DNA of 64,000 nucleotides from Bdellovibrionales bacterium (GTDB lineage Bacteria; Bdellovibrionota; Bdellovibrionia; Bdellovibrionales; Bdellovibrionaceae), in NCBI GenBank assembly GCA_046336915.1, contig JBKDHV010000027.1:733-64732 (forward strand), given 5' to 3'. Position 1 is the stretch's first letter; each line of letters begins with the position of its first letter. The translations under genes were made by a program, and so were the position numbers. Shown piece after piece: positions 26,480 through 35,261 of this stretch. The notes beneath the pieces were generated by a model. The model ran no database searches. It saw only the letters and a list, made by a program, of their open reading frames with translations, and was not told the DNA's origin.

Positions 26480-27399
26480 TCGTCCCGCTGCCTGGCCGAA
26501 TTCGGCTTTCTGAAGCAATGGAAGTTGTCCCCTGGACGCTGACCCTTGTTTTTTTAAATCTGTTTTTCTATTTTTTGCTTTTTGTGCCCCCGAACGGAGT
26601 TCCTGCAGACCCCGAGGGCTTTTCATCTGACTTCATTGAATCCGCAGGTCGCTTTTATCTGGAGTGGCAAGATCAGTCCCAGTATGGCCGACAGGCTGTC
26701 GAGCTTCAGGCGCTGGGCGCTCAGTCAGTTCGCGACGGAGATTTTTTAAAATCGCTTGAGACCTGGTCGTCCACTTCGGATCCAATTGGATTTCGAATCT
26801 GGAGAGATAAACTGAATGATGTTTTTAAGGACGAGGCTCGAAAGCCGATTCATTTGTTCGGTCTTTCTCAGTCGGAATCCAGTGTTTTTCGTTGGATTAC
26901 CTATCAATTTTCCCATCAAGGGCCCATTCATCTTTTGTCGAATGTCCTCTTCCTTATTTTCTTCGCGGCCTGCGTGGAAAAAATGGTCGGCGGTGCGATG
27001 ATGGGATTGATCTATATGATGGGTGGTTTTGTGGGCGGCTATGCCTTTCTATGGGTGGATCATTCGGGATTTATTCCCATGGTGGGGGCAAGTGCGTCTG
27101 TGACAGCCCTGATGGGTTTTATGGTCACGGCGACTCGTAAGCGCTTGATTCCGTTCTTCTACTTTTTTGTTCCCATTCGTCACTACATGGGACGCATCCT
27201 TTTAAGTCCCTATTGGATCCTTCCGCTTTTCTTGGTGGAAGATTTGACCCGTCTTCTGGCGGATCCGCCCGGCTGGGGCGGCGGTGTCGCTCACTCCGCC
27301 CATTTAGGCGGAGCTTTTGCGGGTATGCTATTGGGACTGGCACACCGATGGGGACAAAAGCGCTCAGAGCTCCTCGGTGGGGGCGAACCCACGTCGTAG
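26476..27399 (+). CDS. rhomboid-family intramembrane serine protease
   Basis: 307 aa. Polytopic. Catalytic GASASV (GxSx) and a downstream AHLGGAFAG His motif. Also WITYQFSHQGPIHLLSNV. Confidence 0.8.
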   Translation: MIVPLPGRIRLSEAMEVVPWTLTLVFLNLFFYFLLFVPPNGVPADPEGFSSDFIESAGRFYLEWQDQSQYGRQAVELQALGAQSVRDGDFLKSLETWSSTSDPIGFRIWRDKLNDVFKDEARKPIHLFGLSQSESSVFRWITYQFSHQGPIHLLSNVLFLIFFAACVEKMVGGAMMGLIYMMGGFVGGYAFLWVDHSGFIPMVGASASVTALMGFMVTATRKRLIPFFYFFVPIRHYMGRILLSPYWILPLFLVEDLTRLLADPPGWGGGVAHSAHLGGAFAGMLLGLAHRWGQKRSELLGGGEPTS

Positions 27400-30339
27400 A
27401 GTGTTCTCGGTCACGCAAATCGGCTCAACAAACTGTTTAAGGTAATCCGGGCCCCCGGTCTTACTGCCGATCCCCGACATCTTGAAGCCGCCGAAGGGAT
27501 GACGATCCACCATGGCACCCGTGATGCCACGGTTCACGTACAGATTTCCGCACACGAACTCTTCTTTGATACGCGCAATGTTTTCGGGGCTTCGCGAAAA
27601 GAGCCCTCCAGTCAAGGCATACTCAGTGGAATTCGCAATCTCAAGAGCCTCGTCCAAATCTTTGGCTTTGATTAAAGCGAGAAGGGGACCGAAGAACTCA
27701 GCTTGCGCCACTCGATCCTGAGGTTTCACGTTCTCAACAATCGTGACGGGAACAAAGTAGCCCTCTTGCGGTGTCGCGGATTTAAACAAAATATTGTGAG
27801 ACTTGGAAGCGACCTCGATTTCGTGCAAAAGCCGCTTATGTGCTTCTTCATCCACGACCGGTCCCAGGTAGGCGCGTGGGTCCTGAGCTGAGGCAATGAC
27901 AATGGATTTCGCCGCTTCCATCAGGCGATCGCGGAACCGATCGTAAACTTCTTCCAAAACGATACAACGAGAGGCCGCCGAGCACTTTTGACCAGCAAAG
28001 CCGAACGCCGAGTAGAGAACTCCATCGACGGCTTCGTCCAGATCCGCATCGTTGTCGACGATCAGCGCATTCTTTCCGCCCATCTCAATAATGCAGCGTT
28101 TGACATGCTGTTGGCCCGTCTGCACGCGAGACGCCTCATTCAGAATCAGGAGGCCCACTTGTTTTGATCCCGTGAAGGCGATCGTGCTGACAAGTTTGTG
28201 TTGAACAAGAGCGGCTCCGACAACCTCGCCATAACCGGGCAAGAAATGCAGGGCTTCAGCGGGCACGCCCACTTCGCGAAGGATTTCGTAGAGCTCTTGA
28301 GCGACTCGAGAGCTTTGTTCGGCGGGCTTCATCACAACGGTGTTTCCCGTCACAAGAGCCGAAACCACTTGTCCGGCCAAAATCGCCAATGGAAAGTTCC
28401 AAGGCGCTATGACGGCCGTCACACCGCGAGAGCGATAGATGTACTCGCTGACTTCTCCAGGAATTCCACCCACACGAAGGGGTTTGAAGATTTCTCGAGC
28501 GTTCTTGGCATAGTAGCGGCAGAAATCAATGGCTTCGGCGACATCCGCATCCGCTTCAGCCCAGGGTTTACCCACTTCGAAAACCTGAGTGGCAATTAGT
28601 TGGAAACGTCGTGCAGCCATCAGGTCCGCCGCTTTTTCAAGATAGCCTGCTCGAGTTGCAACCGGGACCTTCTTCCAAGATTTCCAAGCGTCATGGGCCG
28701 CAACCACGGCCTTTTCTGCTTGTTCTCGAGTGGCCATCGTTACTTCCGCGACCACTTGCGATGTCTTCGAAGGGTTCACACGTAGAAAAACGTCCGGGCT
28801 TGTTTGCGGAACTCCGCTGATCACGGGGGTAATTTTGTGATTAAACTGAAAAGCTTGAAGGGCCTGCTCGAGCTTTTGTCGATCTTGAGCGACCGCAAAA
28901 TCAAGGTAGGGTTCATTGTTGAACGGACGTTTCGCGAAGAGGGCTGGTGCCTGAGTCCCGATGCGATCAGCCGGATCAGCTAACAAGTCTTCAACGGATT
29001 TGCCTTCTGCGAACTTGCCACGCAACCATGATTCATTCGAGGTGTTCTCTAAGAGTCGACGAACAAGATACGCCATGCCAGGCAAAAGATCTCCGACCGG
29101 TGCGTACTCGCGAACTCGGTACCCCATCTCCACGAACGTCTTTTTGATCGGTTCGGCCATTCCGTACAGCATCTGAATTTCAAACGCGTTCTTCGCAAGC
29201 CCCAATTTTTCCGCGTGGACCAAGGCCGAAGCCAAAGATCGCACGTTGTGAGACGCGAGGGCCACGCGAAGGTGGCGATGGTTGTCCAGCAAAAGCTTCG
29301 CACAGCGCTCGTAGTTGGCGTCTGTCTCGGCCTTTACGGTGTAGACGGGACAAGCCCAGCCTCGCTGCTCAGCTTCGATGGTTTCAGAATCCCAGTAGGC
29401 CCCCTTGACCAATCGAACTGTGAAGGGGGTTCCGCGCTTTATGGAAAATGCAATCAGATCCCGAATGTCCTCTTCCGAGTCCTTCAGGTAGGCTTGAATC
29501 ACACAGCCAAAAAACTTGTAGTGGCGAAATTCATCTTCCATCAAGATCTCTTTAAAGACCTCAAGAGTCAGATGCTTCACCGCATAGTGTTCCATGTCCA
29601 AATTGATGAAGACCCCGGCTCGCATCCCCGCTTGCAGAACCGGGCGCAGGCGTTTCTTCAGTTCTGTCTTGGTCACGTCCCAGGCGCGATCATTGATTTG
29701 AGAAAAGAGGGCCGTGAGTTTCACAGAAACATTCACTTTCGGAATGTTGCCTTCATGATCTTGGTCAATTTGCGGAACGGTTTCCCAGCGTCGGGAATCC
29801 TGCGCCAGCCACTCGATCAATTCAAGGTATCGACTCAGATACTCTTGGGCTTCCTTCTCAGAGAGGGTTGCTTCTCCCAGAATGTCGACAGTGAAGGTCA
29901 TCTTTTCTTTGCGCGCTTTTTTCAGAACTCCAAGGGCCTCTTGAGGGTTCTCACCTGTGATGAACATTTTCGCCATGGAGGTGACATTTTTTTTGATCGC
30001 ATTGGCCATCAAGGACGGCGCTAACGATCCCAGCCCAAGACCGACGTTAAAAACGGGAGGCAGTTCACCGCCGTTTTCCGAGAAGTACTCTTTCAAGTGT
30101 TTGGCGACGTCTTGCCCAGAATTCAGCGAAGGAAGAACATCCACGAAGCGGAACATATTGGTCTTGAATTTCTCGTTCTTCATGCTCCATTCCATGATGG
30201 AGCCGTACCAAAAATCTCGCGAGAAAAGACTGGGTTTGGATTGACTCTCCATTTTGCGAAGAATCTCGCGGCCCTTTTCAATCACTTGCTGCTGGAGAGG
30301 GGAGTGGGAGGTGGTGGTCTTATGCTGAGTCGTATCCAT
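27364..30339 (-). CDS. putA: bifunctional proline dehydrogenase / L-glutamate-gamma-semialdehyde dehydrogenase (short PutA without DNA-binding domain)
   Basis: 991 aa. N-terminal PRODH barrel region. C-terminal ALDH with EMGGKNA (catalytic Glu) and FGFAGQKCSAASR (catalytic Cys). Confidence 0.9.
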   Translation of the reverse strand: MDTTQHKTTTSHSPLQQQVIEKGREILRKMESQSKPSLFSRDFWYGSIMEWSMKNEKFKTNMFRFVDVLPSLNSGQDVAKHLKEYFSENGGELPPVFNVGLGLGSLAPSLMANAIKKNVTSMAKMFITGENPQEALGVLKKARKEKMTFTVDILGEATLSEKEAQEYLSRYLELIEWLAQDSRRWETVPQIDQDHEGNIPKVNVSVKLTALFSQINDRAWDVTKTELKKRLRPVLQAGMRAGVFINLDMEHYAVKHLTLEVFKEILMEDEFRHYKFFGCVIQAYLKDSEEDIRDLIAFSIKRGTPFTVRLVKGAYWDSETIEAEQRGWACPVYTVKAETDANYERCAKLLLDNHRHLRVALASHNVRSLASALVHAEKLGLAKNAFEIQMLYGMAEPIKKTFVEMGYRVREYAPVGDLLPGMAYLVRRLLENTSNESWLRGKFAEGKSVEDLLADPADRIGTQAPALFAKRPFNNEPYLDFAVAQDRQKLEQALQAFQFNHKITPVISGVPQTSPDVFLRVNPSKTSQVVAEVTMATREQAEKAVVAAHDAWKSWKKVPVATRAGYLEKAADLMAARRFQLIATQVFEVGKPWAEADADVAEAIDFCRYYAKNAREIFKPLRVGGIPGEVSEYIYRSRGVTAVIAPWNFPLAILAGQVVSALVTGNTVVMKPAEQSSRVAQELYEILREVGVPAEALHFLPGYGEVVGAALVQHKLVSTIAFTGSKQVGLLILNEASRVQTGQQHVKRCIIEMGGKNALIVDNDADLDEAVDGVLYSAFGFAGQKCSAASRCIVLEEVYDRFRDRLMEAAKSIVIASAQDPRAYLGPVVDEEAHKRLLHEIEVASKSHNILFKSATPQEGYFVPVTIVENVKPQDRVAQAEFFGPLLALIKAKDLDEALEIANSTEYALTGGLFSRSPENIARIKEEFVCGNLYVNRGITGAMVDRHPFGGFKMSGIGSKTGGPDYLKQFVEPICVTENTLRRGFAPTEEL

Positions 30340-30410
30340 TGAGTCTCCTGACCCCGCGGCCTGAGCGCCGGAGATCTGTCTCGAGTCAAAACTTCAGTTC
30401 TGGGAAACTT

Positions 30411-30995
30411 CTATCGAACGGACCAGTTGACTGTCAATTGACCGCATTGGGCCGTCAGACGGTCTCCCGTCTTGAGCGATCCTACCCCCGAGGGAGTCCC
30501 TGTGAAGATGGCGTCTCCAGGGGCGACGGGAAAGCGGGTCGATAAGTACTGAAGAAGTTTCGGGAAAGGGAAGATCATATTTTCAGCGCGCCCTGATTGG
30601 CGAACGTTCCCGTTGACCACCAGGGTAAATTCCATGGTTTCCAGGGCCTTGGCGGAGGCGAGGGGTTGCCAGGGTCCCAGGGCGACAGCCCCCTTAAAGG
30701 ACTTACACAGCTCCCAGGGCTGCCCAAGCTGTTTCAGCTCGTTTTGCAGCTTGCGCTCGGTTAAATCCAGGCCCAGGGTCCAATGGGTTGGCTCCAGCTG
30801 AGCGCCTAAGAGGACAACGATTTCAAGCTCGTGATGGACTTCGTTGCAGAAATCAGGAAAGACCAAATCGGGCCCGTCTTGAAGGCAGCCCCCACTTTTC
30901 AAGAAAATGAGGGGCTTTTCCGGAATCGGATTTCCCAGTTCGCGAGCATGCTCCGAGAAGTTACGACCGATGCACCAGTACTGATTTGGTTTCAT
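30411..30995 (-). CDS. fumarylacetoacetate hydrolase (FAH) family protein
   Basis: 194 aa. CIGRNFSEHARELG, HHELEIVVLLG and GDAIFTGTPSGVG are typical of small FAH-fold enzymes. Confidence 0.75.
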   Translation of the reverse strand: MKPNQYWCIGRNFSEHARELGNPIPEKPLIFLKSGGCLQDGPDLVFPDFCNEVHHELEIVVLLGAQLEPTHWTLGLDLTERKLQNELKQLGQPWELCKSFKGAVALGPWQPLASAKALETMEFTLVVNGNVRQSGRAENMIFPFPKLLQYLSTRFPVAPGDAIFTGTPSGVGSLKTGDRLTAQCGQLTVNWSVR

Positions 30996-31510
30996 AAACC
31001 CTCATATTTCAGCAGATGCCAAAGCTCCTTTTTCTCAAACACCATATGTTGAGCCGAGGGCCAATGGTGACACCGGGAGAGATCCGCGTCGCATTCAATG
31101 GTCGTCAAGAATTCTTCGATCCAGTCAAAATGCGTGCACAGATAAATCACTTCGTTATCCTGGTGCTGCAACATCAGTTTGAGCAAAAACTCTTGAATTC
31201 GGAAGCGAAATTTTTCGACAGTTTCTCCAGGCACTCGTTCCGTGAGTTCGGCTCGAATTTGGGGTTTCACTTTGAACTCCCTACCCAGTGGAGAAAAGGT
31301 TTGGAGAGTTCGCTTTTTTGTCGAAACATACAAGGCGTTCGGTTTGGGAAGCTGTCCTTTGCGAACCTTCTCAACCAGGCGTCGTGCCTGCTCGTGTCCA
31401 CGAGAGCTCAGATCAGGATCGTGACCCTGCAGCTCTTTCTCACCATGACGAAACACCACCCACATCATCGAGACCCTCGTCGGCCGCTCGGCCCTCTGTT
31501 GGAAGTCCAC
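30992..31510 (-). CDS. histidine phosphatase family protein (SixA / phosphoglycerate-mutase-like)
   Basis: 172 aa. RHG motif in VVFRHGEKE and a downstream H in LCTHFDWI. 4-nt overlap with the FAH gene. Confidence 0.7.
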   Translation of the reverse strand: MDFQQRAERPTRVSMMWVVFRHGEKELQGHDPDLSSRGHEQARRLVEKVRKGQLPKPNALYVSTKKRTLQTFSPLGREFKVKPQIRAELTERVPGETVEKFRFRIQEFLLKLMLQHQDNEVIYLCTHFDWIEEFLTTIECDADLSRCHHWPSAQHMVFEKKELWHLLKYEGL

Positions 31511-31625
31511 CTCGAACTCGTCCTCATTGTCGTGGGAACCCCAAAGTCAGTCAAATCCTCTAGGGCCTTCTCGGGGGGGCTGCCAGGCTTGACTCCTCTG
31601 GGAGCTTCTGACAATTTGACACCCG

Positions 31626-32552
31626 ATGTCTGAATCCAACTTAGAAAATCCAGTCTCGGGTCCACGGGTCCATCGCTACGTCACCACCGACTTCACTGTC
31701 CGTGTGGCCGCCGTGGATGCGACTCAAGTCGTTCGCGAAATGCAGTCCCTCCAGACCGCGAAGCCGGTGCCCACGATGGCCGTCGGTCGCGCCATGGTGG
31801 GAGCCTTGCTCTTGGCGTCTCAGCAGAAGCAGGGTCATCAGGTGGGTTTGTATATTCGTTGCTCGGGACCGCTCAAGGCCATTTACGCTGAAGCCCACTT
31901 TGAGGGGCAAGTGCGAGGTTATACGCCCATGTCGCACTGGGAACCGCCGAATTACGATCAGGGTTTTTCTTTGAAGCAGGGAATCGGGGATGGGTTTTTG
32001 ACCGTGGCTCGCCATCAGCCGTTTCAGAAGCAACCTTTTCAGGGCACCGTCAATCTTGTGACCGGTGAGATCGGTGATGACATCGCCCATTACTTGAGTC
32101 AGTCCCATCAAATTCGAAGTTTAGTCTCGGTCGGTGTGTACCTGGATGGGTATGGCCAAGTTCGCGCGGCCGGCGGAGTTCTGCTCGAGGTGATGCCGGG
32201 AGTGGACGAAGTGGTCGTGGAGAAAATTGAGAAGAACGCGCAATCGCGCCAAGTTCCAGTTTCTCAAATGCTTTTTGACGGCGCAAAACCGGTAGATCTT
32301 GTTCAACCCTTTTTGCAAGGACTGGAATTTATCGAGCTTGATCATTCTTACAAACTTGAATACGCCTGCCCCTGCACGAAGGATCGCGTGGTCCGGGCTC
32401 TTGAAACTTTAGGCCTGGCGGATCTTGAGGACATGATTCAGAAGCAAGAAGTGGCGGACGTCACCTGTCAAGTTTGTGGTCGTCCCTATGTCATCGGCGT
32501 TGATGAGCTCAAGCAACTGAAGAATGAGCTTTACAAAAAAAGCCTGAATTAG
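31626..32552 (+). CDS. hslO: redox-regulated chaperone Hsp33
   Basis: 308 aa. Hsp33-type N-terminal domain. C-terminal zinc centre CPCTKDR...CQVCGRPY (CxC...CxxC). Confidence 0.9.
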   Translation: MSESNLENPVSGPRVHRYVTTDFTVRVAAVDATQVVREMQSLQTAKPVPTMAVGRAMVGALLLASQQKQGHQVGLYIRCSGPLKAIYAEAHFEGQVRGYTPMSHWEPPNYDQGFSLKQGIGDGFLTVARHQPFQKQPFQGTVNLVTGEIGDDIAHYLSQSHQIRSLVSVGVYLDGYGQVRAAGGVLLEVMPGVDEVVVEKIEKNAQSRQVPVSQMLFDGAKPVDLVQPFLQGLEFIELDHSYKLEYACPCTKDRVVRALETLGLADLEDMIQKQEVADVTCQVCGRPYVIGVDELKQLKNELYKKSLN

Positions 32553-32641
32553 GCCGTAAGTCTTCTGCGATCGAATGAGAATTCAAAAATGAAAAGCTTG
32601 AAAAATTTCGCGGCCCGCAAGGACCGCGAATCTTGATCGGG

Positions 32642-33034
32642 TTAAAGAGCGCGGCAACCCAAAGAGGCCGGAGCCTTCACGCTTCGAACTTCGCGGTTTT
32701 CACCACCTTGAAACGCATAGTAAGTCGATTCGATCACCACATCCCCGAGGACGCGGGTTCGAGTTCCTCCGACGACTTGGTAAGCTTTCAGAAGAGTCGT
32801 GTAGTAGAAGTCGACGATCCCCTGATCGATCTGTTGGCGCTCGTAGGTTGTTTGAACTTCGTCCAAACGAACCGAGTTCTGTCGCAGGGCTGAACAATTT
32901 CGAACGAGTGTGTCCTGAATATAGATTTGCAGCTCATGCGGAATTTCAGTTTGGGGCTGAAATCGAACCGGCCCTTGTTGAGCTGACGCCAGAGCCATGC
33001 TGAAAAAACCTGTGAACAAAACAAAGAACTTCAT
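32642..33034 (-). CDS. small secreted protein, unknown function
   Basis: 130 aa. Signal peptide MKFFVLFTGFFSMALASAQQ. Confidence 0.55.
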   Translation of the reverse strand: MKFFVLFTGFFSMALASAQQGPVRFQPQTEIPHELQIYIQDTLVRNCSALRQNSVRLDEVQTTYERQQIDQGIVDFYYTTLLKAYQVVGGTRTRVLGDVVIESTYYAFQGGENREVRSVKAPASLGCRAL

Positions 33035-33189
33035 AAAACCTCCTAAAACGATAAAGATCGTAAGATGGGTGTTGAGTACCTGAAATTTTCTGAGAGAGAC
33101 AGTTAAAATTCTGTCAGGACCGGGGCTGTAAGATTTTCCAAGGGAAGAGCTCTCCGAGAGAAGCGTTACCCATTTCTGAGCGTGAGCCG

Positions 33190-33221
33190 AAAAAAAAGAG
33201 AGGGTCCCTGGGAACCCTCTC
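33190..33221 (-). terminator. intrinsic terminator (minus strand) after the 33246-33836 gene
   Basis: The minus strand reads GAGAGGGT-tcccaggg-ACCCTCTC followed by T8 (the A8 run at 33190-33197 on the plus strand). Confidence 0.8.
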
Positions 33222-33245
33222 GAAATTTGTCATTTGAAATTCTTT

Positions 33246-33836
33246 TTAGTTGGCAGCTTTTGACTGAGCGTGCTGAGCCTTTTGGGTTTTAAGTTCAGCC
33301 TTACAGATCTGAACTTTTTCTTCGTACTCATCTTGTCGCTGCATCAGCACTCGTTTGTAGTTGCGGAAACGCTGGATGCGATCCAGAAGAAATTCTTCGC
33401 TGACGCCCACCAGTTTTTCTTTTTCATCCAAACCAATTTTCCACTCGTCTTCTTTGTCGGTGATGCGATCGATCGGCTCTGTCCACTTCAATTTGCCGTC
33501 GCCGCCCCACTGAGGATCGCTGAGATCCACTTTGCACTGGCGCAAGACTCCATAGAGACCCAAAGATCCGTACTTCCGGTTTCCGTAAACTCGATCCTCA
33601 AGTTCGAAGACTTCATTTTGCAGACGACGCACTTCTTCGTTCATTTGAACTTTCTTTTGGACCACCATATTTCCGTCTTTGACACCAACGGTGGTATCTC
33701 CGGTCACTTCGCCATGACTTTCAATCTCAGTTTCGACCCGTTTTGCTTTGTGGGGGTTGCTCGAGCAGGCCGCTACTCCAAGAATAAGAGCAGCGATGGT
33801 GATGAGCCCCTGAAGTCGTGTTGTCTGAGTTCTCAC
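33246..33836 (-). CDS. lipoprotein, unknown function
   Basis: 196 aa. Lipobox GVAACSS. Charged helical body. Confidence 0.6.
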   Translation of the reverse strand: MRTQTTRLQGLITIAALILGVAACSSNPHKAKRVETEIESHGEVTGDTTVGVKDGNMVVQKKVQMNEEVRRLQNEVFELEDRVYGNRKYGSLGLYGVLRQCKVDLSDPQWGGDGKLKWTEPIDRITDKEDEWKIGLDEKEKLVGVSEEFLLDRIQRFRNYKRVLMQRQDEYEEKVQICKAELKTQKAQHAQSKAAN

Positions 33837-33882
33837 TTGTCCTCCTTCATAATTTTTTCGTGAAGGGCCGAGAGCGAAATCT

Positions 33883-34726
33883 CTATCTTAAGTTTCGCAC
33901 GACCGCTTCGCCAAAGCTTGAAGTCGTGGCAGGACCGCCCAGATCTCCTGTTCGGGTCTTCACGTCTTCAAGAGTTGCTAACAAGGCTTTCATAATTCGT
34001 TGAGCTTTGTCTAGCTCTCCGACATGTTCCAGCATCATCACGGCACTTTGCAGAAGAGCGGTGGGATTGGCTTTGTTCAGTCCCGCAATGTCGGGAGCCG
34101 AGCCATGAACAGCCTCGAAAATCGCGACCTTATCCCCAATGTTGCTTCCAGGCACCACTCCCAGACCCCCAACAAGACCCGCGCAAAGATCGCTCAGAAT
34201 ATCACCGTACAAATTTTGCGTGACAATCACTTCGAATTGCTCAGGTCGTGTTACAAGTTGCATACAGGCGTTATCGACAATTACATCTCGGGTTTCGATG
34301 TCGGGATAGCTCTCGGCAATTTCGCGCCCGATTTTCAAAAAAAGTCCGTCGGACATTTTCATGATGTTGGCTTTATGAAAGAAGGGAGCGCACCGGTCGC
34401 ACATTGGCGTAGAGATCAAATTTCTGGCGTAGGGTCACGTTGATGGATTTATGGCCTCCGCCCACCGGGGTCGTCGTGGGTCCCTTGATCCCGAGTTTCG
34501 TTTTTTCTAAGGACGCGACGGTCACATCTGGCAGCAAGGACCCATGGCTTGCGAGTGCGGATTCACCAGCGGGGAATTCTTGATAATCAAAGGGAGCTTG
34601 AACGGCCTTGAGAATCTTGATCACTTGGTCTGTGATCTCGGGACCAATGCCATCGCCTGGAATCACCGTTAAGGGATAAGTCTTCATAAAAACTCCTTGG
34701 GGTCGAGAAAGAAGCCCTAGGCCCAC
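33883..34726 (-). pseudogene. NAD-isocitrate dehydrogenase / isopropylmalate dehydrogenase family gene disrupted by an internal deletion plus frameshift
   Basis: The N-terminal ORF (34373-34726) reads VIPGDGIGPEI...[17 protein letters not shown] and then stops. The C-terminal ORF (33883-34419), in another frame, resumes at [13 protein letters not shown]...NLYGDILSD...HGSAPDIAG. The roughly 65-70 residues that normally lie between these motifs, including the RENTEGEY substrate loop, are absent. Confidence 0.75.
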
Positions 34727-35261
34727 GCAGCCGTGGACTGGGTCGACTATGACGCCCTCAAAAGGATCTGTCTACTTGCGTTCCGTTCTTAGAACAAGAG
34801 CCTGGCGGCTTTGCGCGCTGGAGAGGCGGGAGGGGTTGTTCCCCTGGCCTCGGGATGTGAAGTGTGATGGGTCAAGTGGCTCGGAGGGCTCCAGGATCCT
34901 GGACAAGAGCCGGCGGACCTTTTCGGTCGACTGTCTTACTTTGAGACATAAAGCAGGTCCTGTGCCACGCTGAAATGTAAAGCTATTTTCAGTACTTAGC
35001 TGGGTGGTGACAAAGTGATCGCGCGCTCGAACGTGAGCTTGGTGTGATTGTGATACCGAGTTCGCAAGGGGGTGAGACAGAGACCGAACGGGTCTCTTGG
35101 GGTGTCGATTTTCTAGTCGACGAGAACTTGAAGAAAACTGCGGCTTTAGCAATTTCTGGGCGACCCGTCGACTAAGCGAACACTCGAGCTGCCGTTTCAA
35201 ATCCATTTAAACAGGGGCTCGATCGGCCCTGTCCTTGCGATAGCCCTTTGCAAGGAGATGT
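34727..35261. other. 535-bp ORF-poor, hairpin-rich region with four GTCGACT motifs (candidate structured RNA, regulatory region or decayed DNA)
   Basis: Only low-complexity Ser/Arg-rich ORFs occur here. GTCGAC is found at 34742, 34926, 35116 and 35167. Stems include AGAGACC/GGTCTCT (35078-35098), TAGTCGACG/CGTCGACTA (35114-35122 and 35166-35174) and ACAGGG/CCCTGT (35211-35232). CCTTGC/GCAAGG (35233-35255) overlaps the SD of the next gene. Confidence 0.3.

Noticed and set aside
29215-30024. 269-aa plus-strand ORF inside putA.
   Set aside because: It is antisense to a 991-aa ORF with PRODH and ALDH catalytic motifs, and no motif of its own was seen.
31016-31633. 205-aa plus-strand ORF.
   Set aside because: It is antisense to the histidine-phosphatase gene (RHG motif) and overlaps the hslO upstream region. 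Its composition is not protein-like.
33270-33863. 197-aa plus-strand ORF opposite the lipoprotein gene 33246-33836.
   Set aside because: Its Phe/Leu-rich sequence is the mirror of a Lys/Glu-rich gene. The minus-strand ORF has a lipobox and a matching downstream terminator.
34727-35261. Considered tmRNA, RNase P RNA, SRP RNA or 6S RNA in the long non-coding region. Pieces such as GGGGTGTCGATTTTCTAGTCGACG, GCGGCTTTAGCAA and GGGGTTGTTCCCC superficially recall the tmRNA 5' end, the tag region and a T-arm.
   Set aside because: There is no tRNA-like acceptor pairing or CCA-proximal end, no tag ORF ending in a stop, and no T-loop of the right size. The RNase P conserved blocks (GAGGAAAGTCCGGGC, ACAGAACCCGGCTTA) and the SRP GGAAGCAGCC motif are absent on both strands. 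I kept the region only as an unclassified structured region.
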